Below are positions 52,572 to 62,336 of a stretch of 64,000 nucleotides of DNA, one piece after another. Both the position numbers and the translations under genes were made by a program. The stretch's first letter is position 1. Every line of letters begins with the position of its first letter. Below the pieces are notes generated by a model. It was not told where the DNA came from and ran no database searches. It was given only the letters and a program-made list of their open reading frames with translations. This stretch comes from Dehalococcoidales bacterium (GTDB taxonomy: Bacteria > Chloroflexota > Dehalococcoidia > Dehalococcoidales > RBG-16-60-22): positions 9,864-73,863 of the forward strand of contig JAQTQH010000001.1 in the NCBI GenBank assembly GCA_028712355.1, given 5' to 3'.

Positions 52572-53084
52572 ATGAATCTTCTTCGTGCCATTTTGCATGG
52601 TATCGACACGATGAGCGAGTGGATCGGGCGGTTGATGTGCTGGTTCGTCGTCGTTATGTTTATAATCATTTGCTTTGAAATTTTCATGCGATATATTTTT
52701 CGTATGCCCACCCTGTGGGTGCATGAAACTACCGGTTTCATCCTCGTTATTGCCGTAATGATGAGCGGAGGCTTTACCCTCTACCACCGAACTCACGTAA
52801 ATGTGGAAATCCTGTACAACCGGCTTTCGCCGAGAAACCGCGCTATTTTAGATCTGTTCACTTGGCTGATGTTCTACGCTTTTATCATTATCCTTATCTG
52901 GCAGGGCGGCGAATTGTCACGCCTGTCTATTGCCCGTAACGAGCACTCTAATACCTACTGGCGTCCTATCATGTGGCCTTTCAAGCTCATGGTTCCGATA
53001 GGTGCGGTACTTATTTTACTTCAGGGTCTGGCGAAAACGGCGCGTGACCTGGTAACGGCAATAACCGGAAAGGAGCTGGCATGA
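52572..53084 (+). CDS. dctQ: TRAP transporter small permease (DctQ)
   Basis: 170 aa, 4 TM. AAGGAG RBS before ATG 52572. 4-nt overlap with dctM. Confidence 0.82.
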   Translation: MNLLRAILHGIDTMSEWIGRLMCWFVVVMFIIICFEIFMRYIFRMPTLWVHETTGFILVIAVMMSGGFTLYHRTHVNVEILYNRLSPRNRAILDLFTWLMFYAFIIILIWQGGELSRLSIARNEHSNTYWRPIMWPFKLMVPIGAVLILLQGLAKTARDLVTAITGKELA

Positions 53085-54406
53085 GCATCGAACTAAGTAC
53101 GGCGCTCCTTTTCATCGCCCTGCTGGTTTTACTGGCACTCGGTCTGCCCATTGCCTTCACCATTGGCGGCATTGCCGTGGTCTTCACCTACTTCCTGCTC
53201 GGGCAGAGCGGCCTATTTTTATTTGGCGGCAGTGTTTTCCGCCAGTTGACCAGCTTTATCTTCGCCGCTTTACCCCTCTTTATTTTCATGGGTCATATGC
53301 TGGAGCGCTCCGGAATCGCCGATGACCTCTACCAGATGTTTTTCGTCTGGATGGGCCCCCTGCGCGGCGGTCTCGCTATGGGTACTGTCCTCATCTGCAC
53401 TATCTTCGCCGCGATGGCCGGTGTGAGCGCTGCGGCTACCGTGACCATGGGCATCGTCGCTCTACCGTCAATGCTCAAGCGCGGCTATGACAAGAAACTG
53501 GCGCTGGGCTGTATCGGCGCCGGCGGCGCGCTGGGGGTACTCATCCCGCCCAGCAACATCATGATTCTCTACGGCGCTTTCTCCGGGGAGTCTATCGGCA
53601 GGCTCTATGCCGGCGGCATCTTTCCCGGCTTAATCCTTTCCGGGATGTTCTGCCTCTACATCGCGATACGCTCGTTTATCCAGAAAGACCTGGCGCCTGC
53701 GCTGCCCAAAGAGGAGCGGGCGAGCTGGAGAGTAAGATTCGCTTCCCTCAGAGCCGTCATCCTGCCCATTCTACTCATTATTGCAGTTTTGGGTTCTATC
53801 TTCGCCGGCATGGCGACGCCTACTGAGGCGGCGGCGGTCGGCGCGCTCGGCAGCGTGGTCTGCAGCGCGATTTACCGGCGTCTCACGTTTAAAGCCCTCT
53901 ATCAAGCAGCTTACCGGACGCTGGGCACCACCTGCATGATTCTCTGGATTGTCATCGCAGTGACTGCTTTTACTTCGTTCTACACCTCGGCAGGCGCCCA
54001 GGACCTGATAAAGGGCATACTGCTGGGCTTACCCATCAGCCCCTTCATGCTCATCATCGCCATCCAAATTATCTGGTTCATTCTGGGCTGTTTCCTCGAC
54101 CCCACCGGCATCATCATGATTACCGTGCCCATCTTCGTCCCGGTCATCAAAGCGCTCGGTTTCGATCCAGTGTGGTTCGGCGTGCTCTTCGTGGTCAACA
54201 TGGAGATGGCATACCTCACCCCGCCCTACGGCGTCAACCTGTTCTATCTTAAAGGCGTCGCCCCCGAGGGTGTGACCATGTCCGACATTTATCGTTCCAT
54301 CGCACCATTTGTCGCCCTGCAGGCTGTGGCGCTGGCGCTGGTATTGATGTTCCCGCAGATAATCCTGTACCTGCCCAATCTGCTGCTGGGTGTCGTCAAG
54401 GGCTAA
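53081..54406 (+). CDS. dctM: TRAP transporter large permease (DctM)
   Basis: 441 aa polytopic protein, paralog of the truncated gene at 1-1209. Confidence 0.9.
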   Translation: MSIELSTALLFIALLVLLALGLPIAFTIGGIAVVFTYFLLGQSGLFLFGGSVFRQLTSFIFAALPLFIFMGHMLERSGIADDLYQMFFVWMGPLRGGLAMGTVLICTIFAAMAGVSAAATVTMGIVALPSMLKRGYDKKLALGCIGAGGALGVLIPPSNIMILYGAFSGESIGRLYAGGIFPGLILSGMFCLYIAIRSFIQKDLAPALPKEERASWRVRFASLRAVILPILLIIAVLGSIFAGMATPTEAAAVGALGSVVCSAIYRRLTFKALYQAAYRTLGTTCMILWIVIAVTAFTSFYTSAGAQDLIKGILLGLPISPFMLIIAIQIIWFILGCFLDPTGIIMITVPIFVPVIKALGFDPVWFGVLFVVNMEMAYLTPPYGVNLFYLKGVAPEGVTMSDIYRSIAPFVALQAVALALVLMFPQIILYLPNLLLGVVKG

Positions 54407-54431
54407 TTCCGAAGATAAACCACTTAATAGT

Positions 54432-54464
54432 CGGCTGGCTCGGTACCGAGCCAGCCGGTTTTTT
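54432..54464 (+). terminator. Intrinsic terminator after the TRAP operon
   Basis: 12-bp GC-rich stem CGGCTGGCTCGG/CCGAGCCAGCCG followed by GTTTTTT. Confidence 0.8.
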
Positions 54465-54567
54465 ATACGTAAAAGATGACAGCAGAGCCTGCAATCGGTT
54501 AAAATATTGTCCGGTGCTTCACATTGTCTAATCATTAAAACCACTCATAAATCAGGAGGATTTCAGC

Positions 54568-56142
54568 ATGAAAATGGCAGGGCACATGGGAATGGAGGAA
54601 GGCATTGAGGAACTGGAGAGGCGCCGGGCGAAGGCGCTGGAACTGGGCGGCGCCGAACAGGTAGCGGCGCAGCACGCCCGCGGCAGATTGACGGCCCGTG
54701 AGAGACTCGCCAAACTTATTGACCCCGGGACTAATTTCCGCGAATTCGGCATGCTGAATGTCTCCGAACGCCCGGAAATGGCCGACCGTACACCTGCCGA
54801 TGCCAGAATCACCGGCATCGGTATCATCAACGGGAGGAAGACTTCCATATGCGCGGATGACCGCACCGCCCTAGGCGGCAGTGACGGTTGGGTAGGTTCA
54901 TTTATGAAACGCCCGCGCCTGCATACCATGTTCACCCAGAAAGGCTACCCGGAAATCTACCTGGGAGACAACCTCGGTGGGCTGCGCCTGCCGGACGGCA
55001 TGGGCTCCGCCGGCATGAGCCGCGCCCCGCTACCCCCGCCCCTCTTGAAAGACCCCCGGGAAACGCCACGCATCGCCGCCATCATGGGCGAGTGCTTCGG
55101 CGAGCCGAGCTGGATGGCTTCCCTGGCGGACTTCGTGGTCATGCTCAAGAACGGCTGCATGGGCGCCGCCGGGCCCCGTATCCTCAAGATAGCCATCGGC
55201 GAAGAAATCACCCCCTGGGAACTGGGCGGATGGGAGCTGCGCTACAACCAGACCGGCGAAGTAGATAGGGTCGCCGAGAACGATGAGGAATGCCTAAACA
55301 TTGTCCGGGAATACTTGACCTACATGCCGGCGCATAACGGCGAGGAACCACCCATCGTCCCCACCAAAGACCCCACTGACCGCCGCATCGACGATATTGG
55401 CAAGATAGTCCCCGATGAACTGAACAAGGGCTACGATATGCACCGTGTCATCAAGCGCGTGGTCGATGACGGCAAATTCTTCGAGCTGAAAGCCGGCTTC
55501 GGCAAATCGCTGATTACCTGCCTGGCACGGCTCAACGGACGGGTGGTCGGTTTCATCGCCAACAATCCGTTCTTCGATGCCGGCGCGCCCTCGGTGCAGT
55601 CCTGCGAGAAAGCCGCCAGCTTTATCTGCCTGTGTGATTCGTTCAATATCCCGCTGATTCACCTGGCGGACGTCCCCGGCATGTTCCCCGGCAGCATTTC
55701 AGAAAAGCAGAAGCTGCCTGCCAAAATCATCAACTGGCTGGAAGCACAGAACCTGGCGACGGTACCCAAGCTCTCCATCATCATGCGCAAGTCTTACGGC
55801 ATCGGCTACAACGTCATGATGCAGCCCTGCGAGACTGCTGACTTCGTGGTTGCCTGGCCCACCGCTTCCGTCAGCTTCGTCGACCCGACCGTCGGCGTAG
55901 AACTGGTGGAAGGCCGCCGCATCGAAGCCTCACCGAATCCGAAAGAGATACGTGAGCGTCTCAAGCAGGAATGGGCGACCGAGACCACGCCATGGAAGGC
56001 TGCCGAAGGCGGTTACTTCGATGACGTTATCGACCCGCGGGATACCCGCCGCTGGCTTACCGATACTCTGGACATCATCGTCGGCTACCGTCGCAACCTG
56101 ATTGGCGAACACAAGCTCCGCGTCTGGCCGACCAAGTTCTAG
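54568..56142 (+). CDS. Acyl-CoA carboxyltransferase-family protein (PccB/GcdA/MmdA-like), divergent N-domain
   Basis: 524 aa. C-domain block VGFIANNPFFDAGAPSVQSCEKAASFICLCDSFNIPLIHLADVPGMFPG. The N-domain has DNLGGLRLPDG where I recall DSGGARIQEG in canonical enzymes. CAGGAGG RBS. Confidence 0.8.
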   Translation: MKMAGHMGMEEGIEELERRRAKALELGGAEQVAAQHARGRLTARERLAKLIDPGTNFREFGMLNVSERPEMADRTPADARITGIGIINGRKTSICADDRTALGGSDGWVGSFMKRPRLHTMFTQKGYPEIYLGDNLGGLRLPDGMGSAGMSRAPLPPPLLKDPRETPRIAAIMGECFGEPSWMASLADFVVMLKNGCMGAAGPRILKIAIGEEITPWELGGWELRYNQTGEVDRVAENDEECLNIVREYLTYMPAHNGEEPPIVPTKDPTDRRIDDIGKIVPDELNKGYDMHRVIKRVVDDGKFFELKAGFGKSLITCLARLNGRVVGFIANNPFFDAGAPSVQSCEKAASFICLCDSFNIPLIHLADVPGMFPGSISEKQKLPAKIINWLEAQNLATVPKLSIIMRKSYGIGYNVMMQPCETADFVVAWPTASVSFVDPTVGVELVEGRRIEASPNPKEIRERLKQEWATETTPWKAAEGGYFDDVIDPRDTRRWLTDTLDIIVGYRRNLIGEHKLRVWPTKF

Positions 56143-56163
56143 CCGCATCAGAGAGATGGCACC

Positions 56164-57366
56164 TTGAAAGCAGCTCTGGGCGACCTGAAGATAATCGAGT
56201 ACGCCAGCCTGATTAATGGTCCTTATTGCAGTAAAATGCTGGCGGACATGGGCGCCGATGTTATCAAAATTGAAAAAAACGGCGGCGACGATGCTCGCCG
56301 CCGTGGACCCTTTCTCGCCGATATCCCCGGCGCCGAACGCAGCGGGCTTTTCCTTTATGTAAACACCAACAAGCGCGGCATCACACTGGATATCACCACC
56401 GCCACAGGTAAAGAAATCCTCCGCAAACTACTGACAGACGCCGATATCTTCATTGAAGACACCCGGCCCGGCACTTTATCCTCTCTCGGATTAGGCTACG
56501 CCGCTCTCAAAGAACTGAATCCGCGCCTTATCATGACCTCGGTGACACCATTCGGGCAGACCGGCCCCTGCCGGCGCTGGAAAAGCTCCGACCTCATCGG
56601 CTGGGAGATAGGCGGCATGGGCTTCATTACACCTCGGCATGCTGGCAGCTCTGACCAAGAGCCGCTACGTTTACTCCAGACAATTAGTTTTATCACCGGG
56701 GTCACCGCCGCCATGGGCACGATGTTCGCCGTGGAAGCCAGGCGCTATACCGGTCTCGGTCAACAGGTCGATTGCTCGCAAATAGAGTCCGCCATTTACC
56801 TGAGCGGCGACGGTATCGCATACCCGCCTTACGAACACCGCAGTATGAGCCGGACTTTCAAGACGATGTTCGGACCCGAGCACCTGGTGCGCTGCCAGGA
56901 TGGCTTTGTCATGGTACACGGGATGGAGCCGCACCACTGGCGCGGCCTGGCGGAATTGACCGGAAATACCAATCTGGTTGATGATGAGCGTTTCAAAGAC
57001 ACTTTCTTACGCGGGCAAAACTGGGACATCTTACAGCCGCTTATCGAAGCCTTCACCATGCAACACACCAAAGACGAGCTTTTCCAGATGGCGAAAGACA
57101 AAGCTATCCCGATGGGACCCGCCCGCACCATGGACGAGATTCTGAAGGCGGAGCAGTTTAAATTCCGGCAGTTCTTCATCAATATCGAGCACTCCGAAAC
57201 AGGGAGATTGACTTACCCCGGCGCACCGTGCAAGTACTCCACCATGCGATGGAAAATCCGGAGACCGGCGCCCCGGCTGGGTGAGCACAATGAAGAAGTC
57301 TACTGCGGGCAACTCGGCTTCTCCCGCACCGAACTGGTCAGGCTGTACGAGGCAGGAATTATTTGA
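56164..57366 (+). CDS. Family III CoA-transferase, subunit 1 of an adjacent pair
   Basis: 400 aa. LGDLKIIEYASLINGPYCSKMLADMGADVIKIE motif. TTG start. Confidence 0.85.
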   Translation: MKAALGDLKIIEYASLINGPYCSKMLADMGADVIKIEKNGGDDARRRGPFLADIPGAERSGLFLYVNTNKRGITLDITTATGKEILRKLLTDADIFIEDTRPGTLSSLGLGYAALKELNPRLIMTSVTPFGQTGPCRRWKSSDLIGWEIGGMGFITPRHAGSSDQEPLRLLQTISFITGVTAAMGTMFAVEARRYTGLGQQVDCSQIESAIYLSGDGIAYPPYEHRSMSRTFKTMFGPEHLVRCQDGFVMVHGMEPHHWRGLAELTGNTNLVDDERFKDTFLRGQNWDILQPLIEAFTMQHTKDELFQMAKDKAIPMGPARTMDEILKAEQFKFRQFFINIEHSETGRLTYPGAPCKYSTMRWKIRRPAPRLGEHNEEVYCGQLGFSRTELVRLYEAGII

Positions 57367-58550
57367 AAAAAGCTAAAGCATTGCCACTAGAAGGCATCCG
57401 CATCGTGGAAATTGCTACCGCATGGGTCGGTCCCGGTAGTGTCGGCATATTGTCATCGATGGGCGCTGAGGTCATCAAGATTGAAAACCCGGCGCACCCC
57501 GATTTCTGGCGCCGATGTCAGCCCTTCGCCGAGCGAGTCCCGGGTATTAACCGCAGCGGCGCTTTCGCCCTGCTCAACCGGGGCAAGAAGGACTGCGAGC
57601 TCGACCTTAAGTCGCCGGAGGGTGCGGCTCAAGCAAAGGAAATTGTTAAAATCAGTGACATGGTCATCACCAATTTCGCCCCACGCGTCATGGGCAATTT
57701 CGGGCTGGGCTACGCCGACCTTTGCAGAGTAAAACCGGATATTATCATGGTCTCCGCTTCCGGTTACGGCATTGATGGGCCCGACCGTGACCGCGTCGCT
57801 TTCGGTCCGGTACTTGAGGCATATAGCGGTATTAGCTGTTTAATCGGACACCCCGGGAGTCCACAGCTCTGCGGTACTTCCATCACCGACCACATCGGAG
57901 CTATCAACGTTGTCTTTGCCGCGCTGGCGGCGCTGCATCACCGTCGTCTCACCGGAGAGGGGCAGTTCATCGATCTTGCTGAAACAGAGAGCGCTCTCAC
58001 CTGCATGGGCGATGCCGTCATGGAATATACGATGACCGGGCGGATACCCGAACCCTGCGGCAACCATGACGAGGCGATGTTTCCCCATAACTGCTATCGC
58101 TGCCGCGGCGACGACAAATGGCTGGCAATCGCCATCGCCAACGACGATGAGTGGCGGTCGCTCTGCCGGGTAATGGGAAAACCCGAACTGGCAACTGATG
58201 AGCGCTTTGCCGATGGCTTCCGGCGCTGGCAGAACCAGAAGGCACTGGACAAGCTCATCACGGCATGGGCGAGCCAGCAGGACGATATCAAGATTGTTCA
58301 TCAGCTCCAGAAAGCGGGGGTGACCGCTTCACCAATCTACAGTGCTGCAGACCAGTATCAGGACGCGCACCTTAAGGCGCGGCGCTACTTTGTGGAACAT
58401 GAGCATCCGGAAGTCGGCAAGCGGGTACTACCCGGTGTGATTGTGCGGCTCAGTGAAACTCCCGGCAAGATTGAAGGATATGACCCGCTTCTCGGTGAGC
58501 ATAACGAATGGGTGCAAAATGTCCTGCTGGGCAACAAGGGCATTGGTTGA
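57363..58550 (+). CDS. Family III CoA-transferase, subunit 2 of an adjacent pair
   Basis: 395 aa. LEGIRIVEIATAWVGPGSVGILSSMGAEVIKIE motif. The TTG start overlaps the upstream TGA (ATTTGA), suggesting translational coupling. Confidence 0.85.
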   Translation: MKKAKALPLEGIRIVEIATAWVGPGSVGILSSMGAEVIKIENPAHPDFWRRCQPFAERVPGINRSGAFALLNRGKKDCELDLKSPEGAAQAKEIVKISDMVITNFAPRVMGNFGLGYADLCRVKPDIIMVSASGYGIDGPDRDRVAFGPVLEAYSGISCLIGHPGSPQLCGTSITDHIGAINVVFAALAALHHRRLTGEGQFIDLAETESALTCMGDAVMEYTMTGRIPEPCGNHDEAMFPHNCYRCRGDDKWLAIAIANDDEWRSLCRVMGKPELATDERFADGFRRWQNQKALDKLITAWASQQDDIKIVHQLQKAGVTASPIYSAADQYQDAHLKARRYFVEHEHPEVGKRVLPGVIVRLSETPGKIEGYDPLLGEHNEWVQNVLLGNKGIG

Positions 58551-58582
58551 TTTAATCATTAAAACTCAGATTCAATACAAAT

Positions 58583-58651
58583 ATCATTCCCGGGATTGAC
58601 CCGAGAAACCAGAGATTCTCACCTCTGAATCCCCCCTTGCTCGGGGATGAC
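58583..58651 (+). repeat. Family A cloverleaf-like repeat, copy A5 (diverged, 69 nt)
   Basis: ATCATTC-CCGGGATTGACCCGA-..CAGAG-loop-CTCTG..-CCCCTTGCTCGGGG-ATGAC. Same order of elements as A2, with a shorter middle arm. Confidence 0.5.
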
Positions 58652-58675
58652 ATCTGATTCTAAGGTCATTCTCAC

Positions 58676-58716
58676 AATAAAAAAACGGCAGCATCCACTC
58701 ATTGCAAATGCTGCCG
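58676..58716 (-). terminator. Intrinsic terminator of the acyl-CoA synthetase gene
   Basis: Minus strand: CGGCAGCAT-13 nt-ATGCTGCCG followed by TTTTTTTATT. Confidence 0.75.
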
Positions 58717-58738
58717 CCTAATCTTAACTTAAACCTTG

Positions 58739-60634
58739 CTATTCGCCGCGCTTGACGACTTTGAGACTGTCTTTTATCTCGTCCAGGATGGCGGGGTCAT
58801 CAATAGTAGACGGTACGGTATAAGGCTGATTATCGGTGATCTTGCGGATGGTCGAGCGCAGTATCTTTCCTGACCGCGTCTTGGGCAGTCTCTTGACGAT
58901 AATCGCCTGCTTGAAGGAGGCAACCGCCCCGATGTTGTCCCTGACCAGCTGCGCCAGCTCTTTAATGATGACTTCGTTCTCACGCTTGACACCAGCTTTC
59001 AGCACGACGAAACCCAGCGGCAACTGTCCCTTGAAGCTGTCCGCCATACCCACCACAGCACACTCCGCTACATCCGGGTGCTTGGCAATCGCCTCTTCCA
59101 TGGAGCCGGTCGAGAGGCGGTGCCCGGCGACCTTGATAACATCATCCGCACGGCCCATCACGAAGAGATAGCCGTCATGATCGATTTTGCCGACATCGCC
59201 GGTGAAGTAGAATCCAGGATAAGGGTCGAGGTAAGAACTGACGTATCTGTCATCATTCTGCCAGAGAGTGGGCAGGTTGCCCGGAGGTAGCGGCATTTTG
59301 ATGAGCACCAGACCGTCAGTATCCGGCGGTGCCTGAGTGCCATCAGCATCTACTATCTGCACATTATAGCCGGGAGCTGGCTTGGTGGGCGAGCCCGGTT
59401 TGATGGGCAGGGCTTCCAGCCCCATGCAGTTGGCGGCAATCGGCCAGCCGGTCTCAGTCTGCCACCAGTGGTCGACGACGGGAATCTTGAGCATATTGCT
59501 TGCCCAGTAATAGGTATCCGTATCCAGCCGCTCGCCAGCGAGGAAAAGGTATTTCAAAGAGGAAATATCGTACTTCTTGAGGTAGGCGCCCTCCGGGTCT
59601 TCCTTCTTGATGGCGCGGAAGGCGGTGGGGGCGGTAAAGAAGCAGCGCACCTTGTGCTGGGAGATGACCCGCCAGAAAGCACCGGGGTCGGGCGTGCCGA
59701 CCGGCTTACCTTCGTAGATAATGGAAGTGCAGCCGTAAAAAAGCGGGGCGTAGATAATGTAAGAGTGTCCCACCACCCAGCCTACATCCGAGGCCGCCCA
59801 GAAGACATCCCCCGGCGCTACGCCGTAGATATTCTTCATCGTCCATTTCAGAGCCACGGCATGACCGCCATTATCCCGCACCACACCCTTGGGGATGCCG
59901 GTCGTGCCGGAAGTATACAGAATATAGAGCGGGTCGGTGGCTTTCATCACTTCACAATCGGCGGGCTTCGCTGCTTTCATCAGCTCTGCCCAATCAAAAT
60001 CACGCCCCGGGATTAAGTTGGCGTTCGCCTGCGGACGCTGAAGAATGATGCATTTCTCCGGCTTGTGCTTGGCTTCGTCAATCGCCCGGTCGAGTAACGG
60101 TTTATACTCGATGACCCGCTTCGTTTCGATACCGCAGGACGCCGAGAGGATGACTTTCGGCGCGGCATCGTCAATACGGATGGCAAGTTCGTGCGGGGCA
60201 AACCCCCCGAAGACCACAGAGTGAATCGCGCCGATGCGGGCACAGGCGAGCATGGCGACCGCCGCTTCCGGCACCATCGGCATATAGATAATCACCCGGT
60301 CGCCCTTGTTGACGCCGTTTGCCTTAAGTACGCCGGCAAAACGAGAGACCAGATCCAGAAGCTGGGCGTAGGTGATTTTGCGCACCGTATCCGTTACCGG
60401 GCTGTCATAGATATAGGCAACCTGATTGCCTCTGCCGTTTTTGACGTGATAATCCACAGCATTATAGCAGGTATTGAGCTCGCCGCCGGTAAACCAGCGG
60501 TAGAAAGGTTTTTCGGAATCATCGAAGACCTTGCCGTACTTCTTGTACCATGCTACTTGATGGGCGGCTTCGCCCCAGAACTTCTCGGGATTATTAATCG
60601 ATTCGTCGTAAGCTCGTTGATATTCTCCAGCCAT
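58739..60634 (-). CDS. Acetyl/propionyl-CoA synthetase family enzyme (Acs/PrpE-like)
   Basis: 631 aa. YTSGTTGIPKGV, FTGDVGKIDHDGYLFVMGRADDVIKVAGHRLSTGSMEEA, PKTRSGKILR. N-terminal region typical of the ~630-aa PrpE/Acs clade. Confidence 0.88.
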   Translation of the reverse strand: MAGEYQRAYDESINNPEKFWGEAAHQVAWYKKYGKVFDDSEKPFYRWFTGGELNTCYNAVDYHVKNGRGNQVAYIYDSPVTDTVRKITYAQLLDLVSRFAGVLKANGVNKGDRVIIYMPMVPEAAVAMLACARIGAIHSVVFGGFAPHELAIRIDDAAPKVILSASCGIETKRVIEYKPLLDRAIDEAKHKPEKCIILQRPQANANLIPGRDFDWAELMKAAKPADCEVMKATDPLYILYTSGTTGIPKGVVRDNGGHAVALKWTMKNIYGVAPGDVFWAASDVGWVVGHSYIIYAPLFYGCTSIIYEGKPVGTPDPGAFWRVISQHKVRCFFTAPTAFRAIKKEDPEGAYLKKYDISSLKYLFLAGERLDTDTYYWASNMLKIPVVDHWWQTETGWPIAANCMGLEALPIKPGSPTKPAPGYNVQIVDADGTQAPPDTDGLVLIKMPLPPGNLPTLWQNDDRYVSSYLDPYPGFYFTGDVGKIDHDGYLFVMGRADDVIKVAGHRLSTGSMEEAIAKHPDVAECAVVGMADSFKGQLPLGFVVLKAGVKRENEVIIKELAQLVRDNIGAVASFKQAIIVKRLPKTRSGKILRSTIRKITDNQPYTVPSTIDDPAILDEIKDSLKVVKRGE

Positions 60635-60791
60635 TTTTTCTCCTTGTCAGCTTCGATATGCGCACAGTCATACTTATTCCATGTTTGTACCCAGTATGTC
60701 GATGAGTATTCCTGAAGAGCGGCACCACGGCGCTGAGAATGTTCAACGCCACATGGGCAGTAGCTGAGACTGACTCTAAGTCATCAGCAAA

Positions 60792-60820
60792 ATTATATCA
60801 TTATGCCATCCCTTTGACAA
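60792..60820 (-). promoter_or_regulatory. Candidate promoter of the Acs/PrpE-like gene
   Basis: Minus strand TTGTCA-17 nt-TATAAT. Implies a ~150-nt 5' UTR. Confidence 0.5.
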
Positions 60821-60858
60821 CGCGCTATGCTGGTTCCGATAGGGGCTGGGAAAAGGGG

Positions 60859-60892
60859 ATAAACATAGGGGGGCATATAATGCCCCCCCCCC
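60859..60892 (-). terminator. Intrinsic terminator of the thiolase gene
   Basis: Minus strand GGGGGGCA-TTATA-TGCCCCCC followed by TATGTTTAT. Confidence 0.6.
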
Positions 60893-60914
60893 GTTACTGA
60901 CTTGAAGATACTTG

Positions 60915-62135
60915 CTAATCCACTCTGATGATGGTGGTATTAGCCTGGGACAAGCCGCCGCAGATGCCGCCCATAGCATAGCCGCCGCCGCGCCGCCGCA
61001 GCTCGTACATCAGGTTCATGACCACACGCGCGCCGGAGGCAGTGTTGGGATGTCCGATGGCAATGGCGCTGCCGTTGAGGTTCATGCGGTCGTAGATGCT
61101 CTTGTACTTCGTCTTGTCGTTCTCGGCGAGGATGCGCATCGAGACCAGCGGCACTGCCGCAAAGGCTTCATTGATTTCCATGCAGGAGATATCGTTCAGG
61201 GTCAGGTTACATTCCTTCAAGAGTTTCTGCATGGCAAAGCCGGGACCTTCCGGCATACGGGAGGTGCGGATGGCGATGTGCTTGCAACCCACCACGGTAG
61301 CGAGAACTTCCAGCTTGAGCTCTTCCGCCTTGCTTCTCCGCATCAGGAGGATGGCGGTCGCGCCGTCGTTCATGCCGGGGGCGTTGCCCGCGGTGATGGC
61401 TTTGCTGCCATAGATGGGCTTGAGCTTGGACAGTTTCTCAATAGAGGAGTCGGCACGGTACTGTTCGTCGATATTCAGGATTTTAGGCTCGCCCTTGCCC
61501 TGCGGGATAGAAACGGGAAAGATTTCGTCTTTGAATTTGCCGGCGTTCCAGGCGGCGCCGTAGTTCATGTGGCTGCGCAGCGCCCATTCGTCCATCTCTT
61601 CACGGCTGATACCGTATTCGGTCGCCACCAGGTCGGACTCTACCGAGACCGGCGGGAAGTCCTTGGTGGTCATCGGGAAAACAGGGTCTTCCAGCGTCTG
61701 GGCAAACTTGGTATCTCCGAAGCGGACGCCCCTCAGGATGAAGGGCTCCTGCCCGAAGGAGGTACATCCGCCGCAAACAGCAGCATCTATCTCGCCGGCC
61801 TTAATGTGCATTACCGCCAGCTTGATGGCATGCATCGCGGAGACACACGCCATATCGAAGGAGATAGAGGGAACGGTAGGCGGATAGCCTGCCTTGAGCA
61901 GCGTCTGCCGGGCGGCGCAGGGAGTGAAGGGGTCTTTACATTCCGAGGTGTCGCCGACGCCCCAGAAGATATGCCCGACTATGCCCGGGTCAACCTTCAC
62001 TCGCTTGACGACTTCCCGCATCGGGATAGCGCCCAGATCATAGTAGTCGACATCTCTCAGAGAGCCGCCGTACTTGCCGAACGGCGTCCGCAACGCGCTG
62101 ACGATGACGACATCGTCTTTGTTCTTGGTTACCAT
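60915..62135 (-). CDS. Acetyl-CoA C-acyltransferase (thiolase)
   Basis: 406 aa. Nucleophile Cys block FDMACVSAMHAI, NLNGSAIAIGHP, and C-terminal GGICGGLSQA. Confidence 0.92.
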   Translation of the reverse strand: MVTKNKDDVVIVSALRTPFGKYGGSLRDVDYYDLGAIPMREVVKRVKVDPGIVGHIFWGVGDTSECKDPFTPCAARQTLLKAGYPPTVPSISFDMACVSAMHAIKLAVMHIKAGEIDAAVCGGCTSFGQEPFILRGVRFGDTKFAQTLEDPVFPMTTKDFPPVSVESDLVATEYGISREEMDEWALRSHMNYGAAWNAGKFKDEIFPVSIPQGKGEPKILNIDEQYRADSSIEKLSKLKPIYGSKAITAGNAPGMNDGATAILLMRRSKAEELKLEVLATVVGCKHIAIRTSRMPEGPGFAMQKLLKECNLTLNDISCMEINEAFAAVPLVSMRILAENDKTKYKSIYDRMNLNGSAIAIGHPNTASGARVVMNLMYELRRRGGGYAMGGICGGLSQANTTIIRVD

Positions 62136-62186
62136 TAGTCCCTCCTACATCTGTTTATATTGGGAACGATAAAATCCAACCTATTT

Positions 62187-62216
62187 ATTATACTTTAACG
62201 ATTGATGACGGTTCAA
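62187..62216 (-). promoter_or_regulatory. Candidate promoter of the thiolase gene
   Basis: Minus strand TTGAAC-18 nt-TATAAT, about 50 nt upstream of the ATG with a GGAGGGA RBS. Confidence 0.45.
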
Positions 62217-62273
62217 ATAAACACTCTGTAATCTCTAATCCGGCTGAAATAAACCTGGCAAATTCTGTAGTGG

Positions 62274-62304
62274 GATTAAGAAAGAGGGGGCTTTCGCCCC
62301 CTCT
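62274..62304 (-). terminator. Intrinsic terminator of the trpB2-like gene
   Basis: Minus strand AAGAGGGGGC-GAAA-GCCCCCTCT followed by TTCTTAAT. Confidence 0.72.
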
Positions 62305-62336
62305 TAGAACTCTCCCCTTTTCTACTCTCGCGGATT

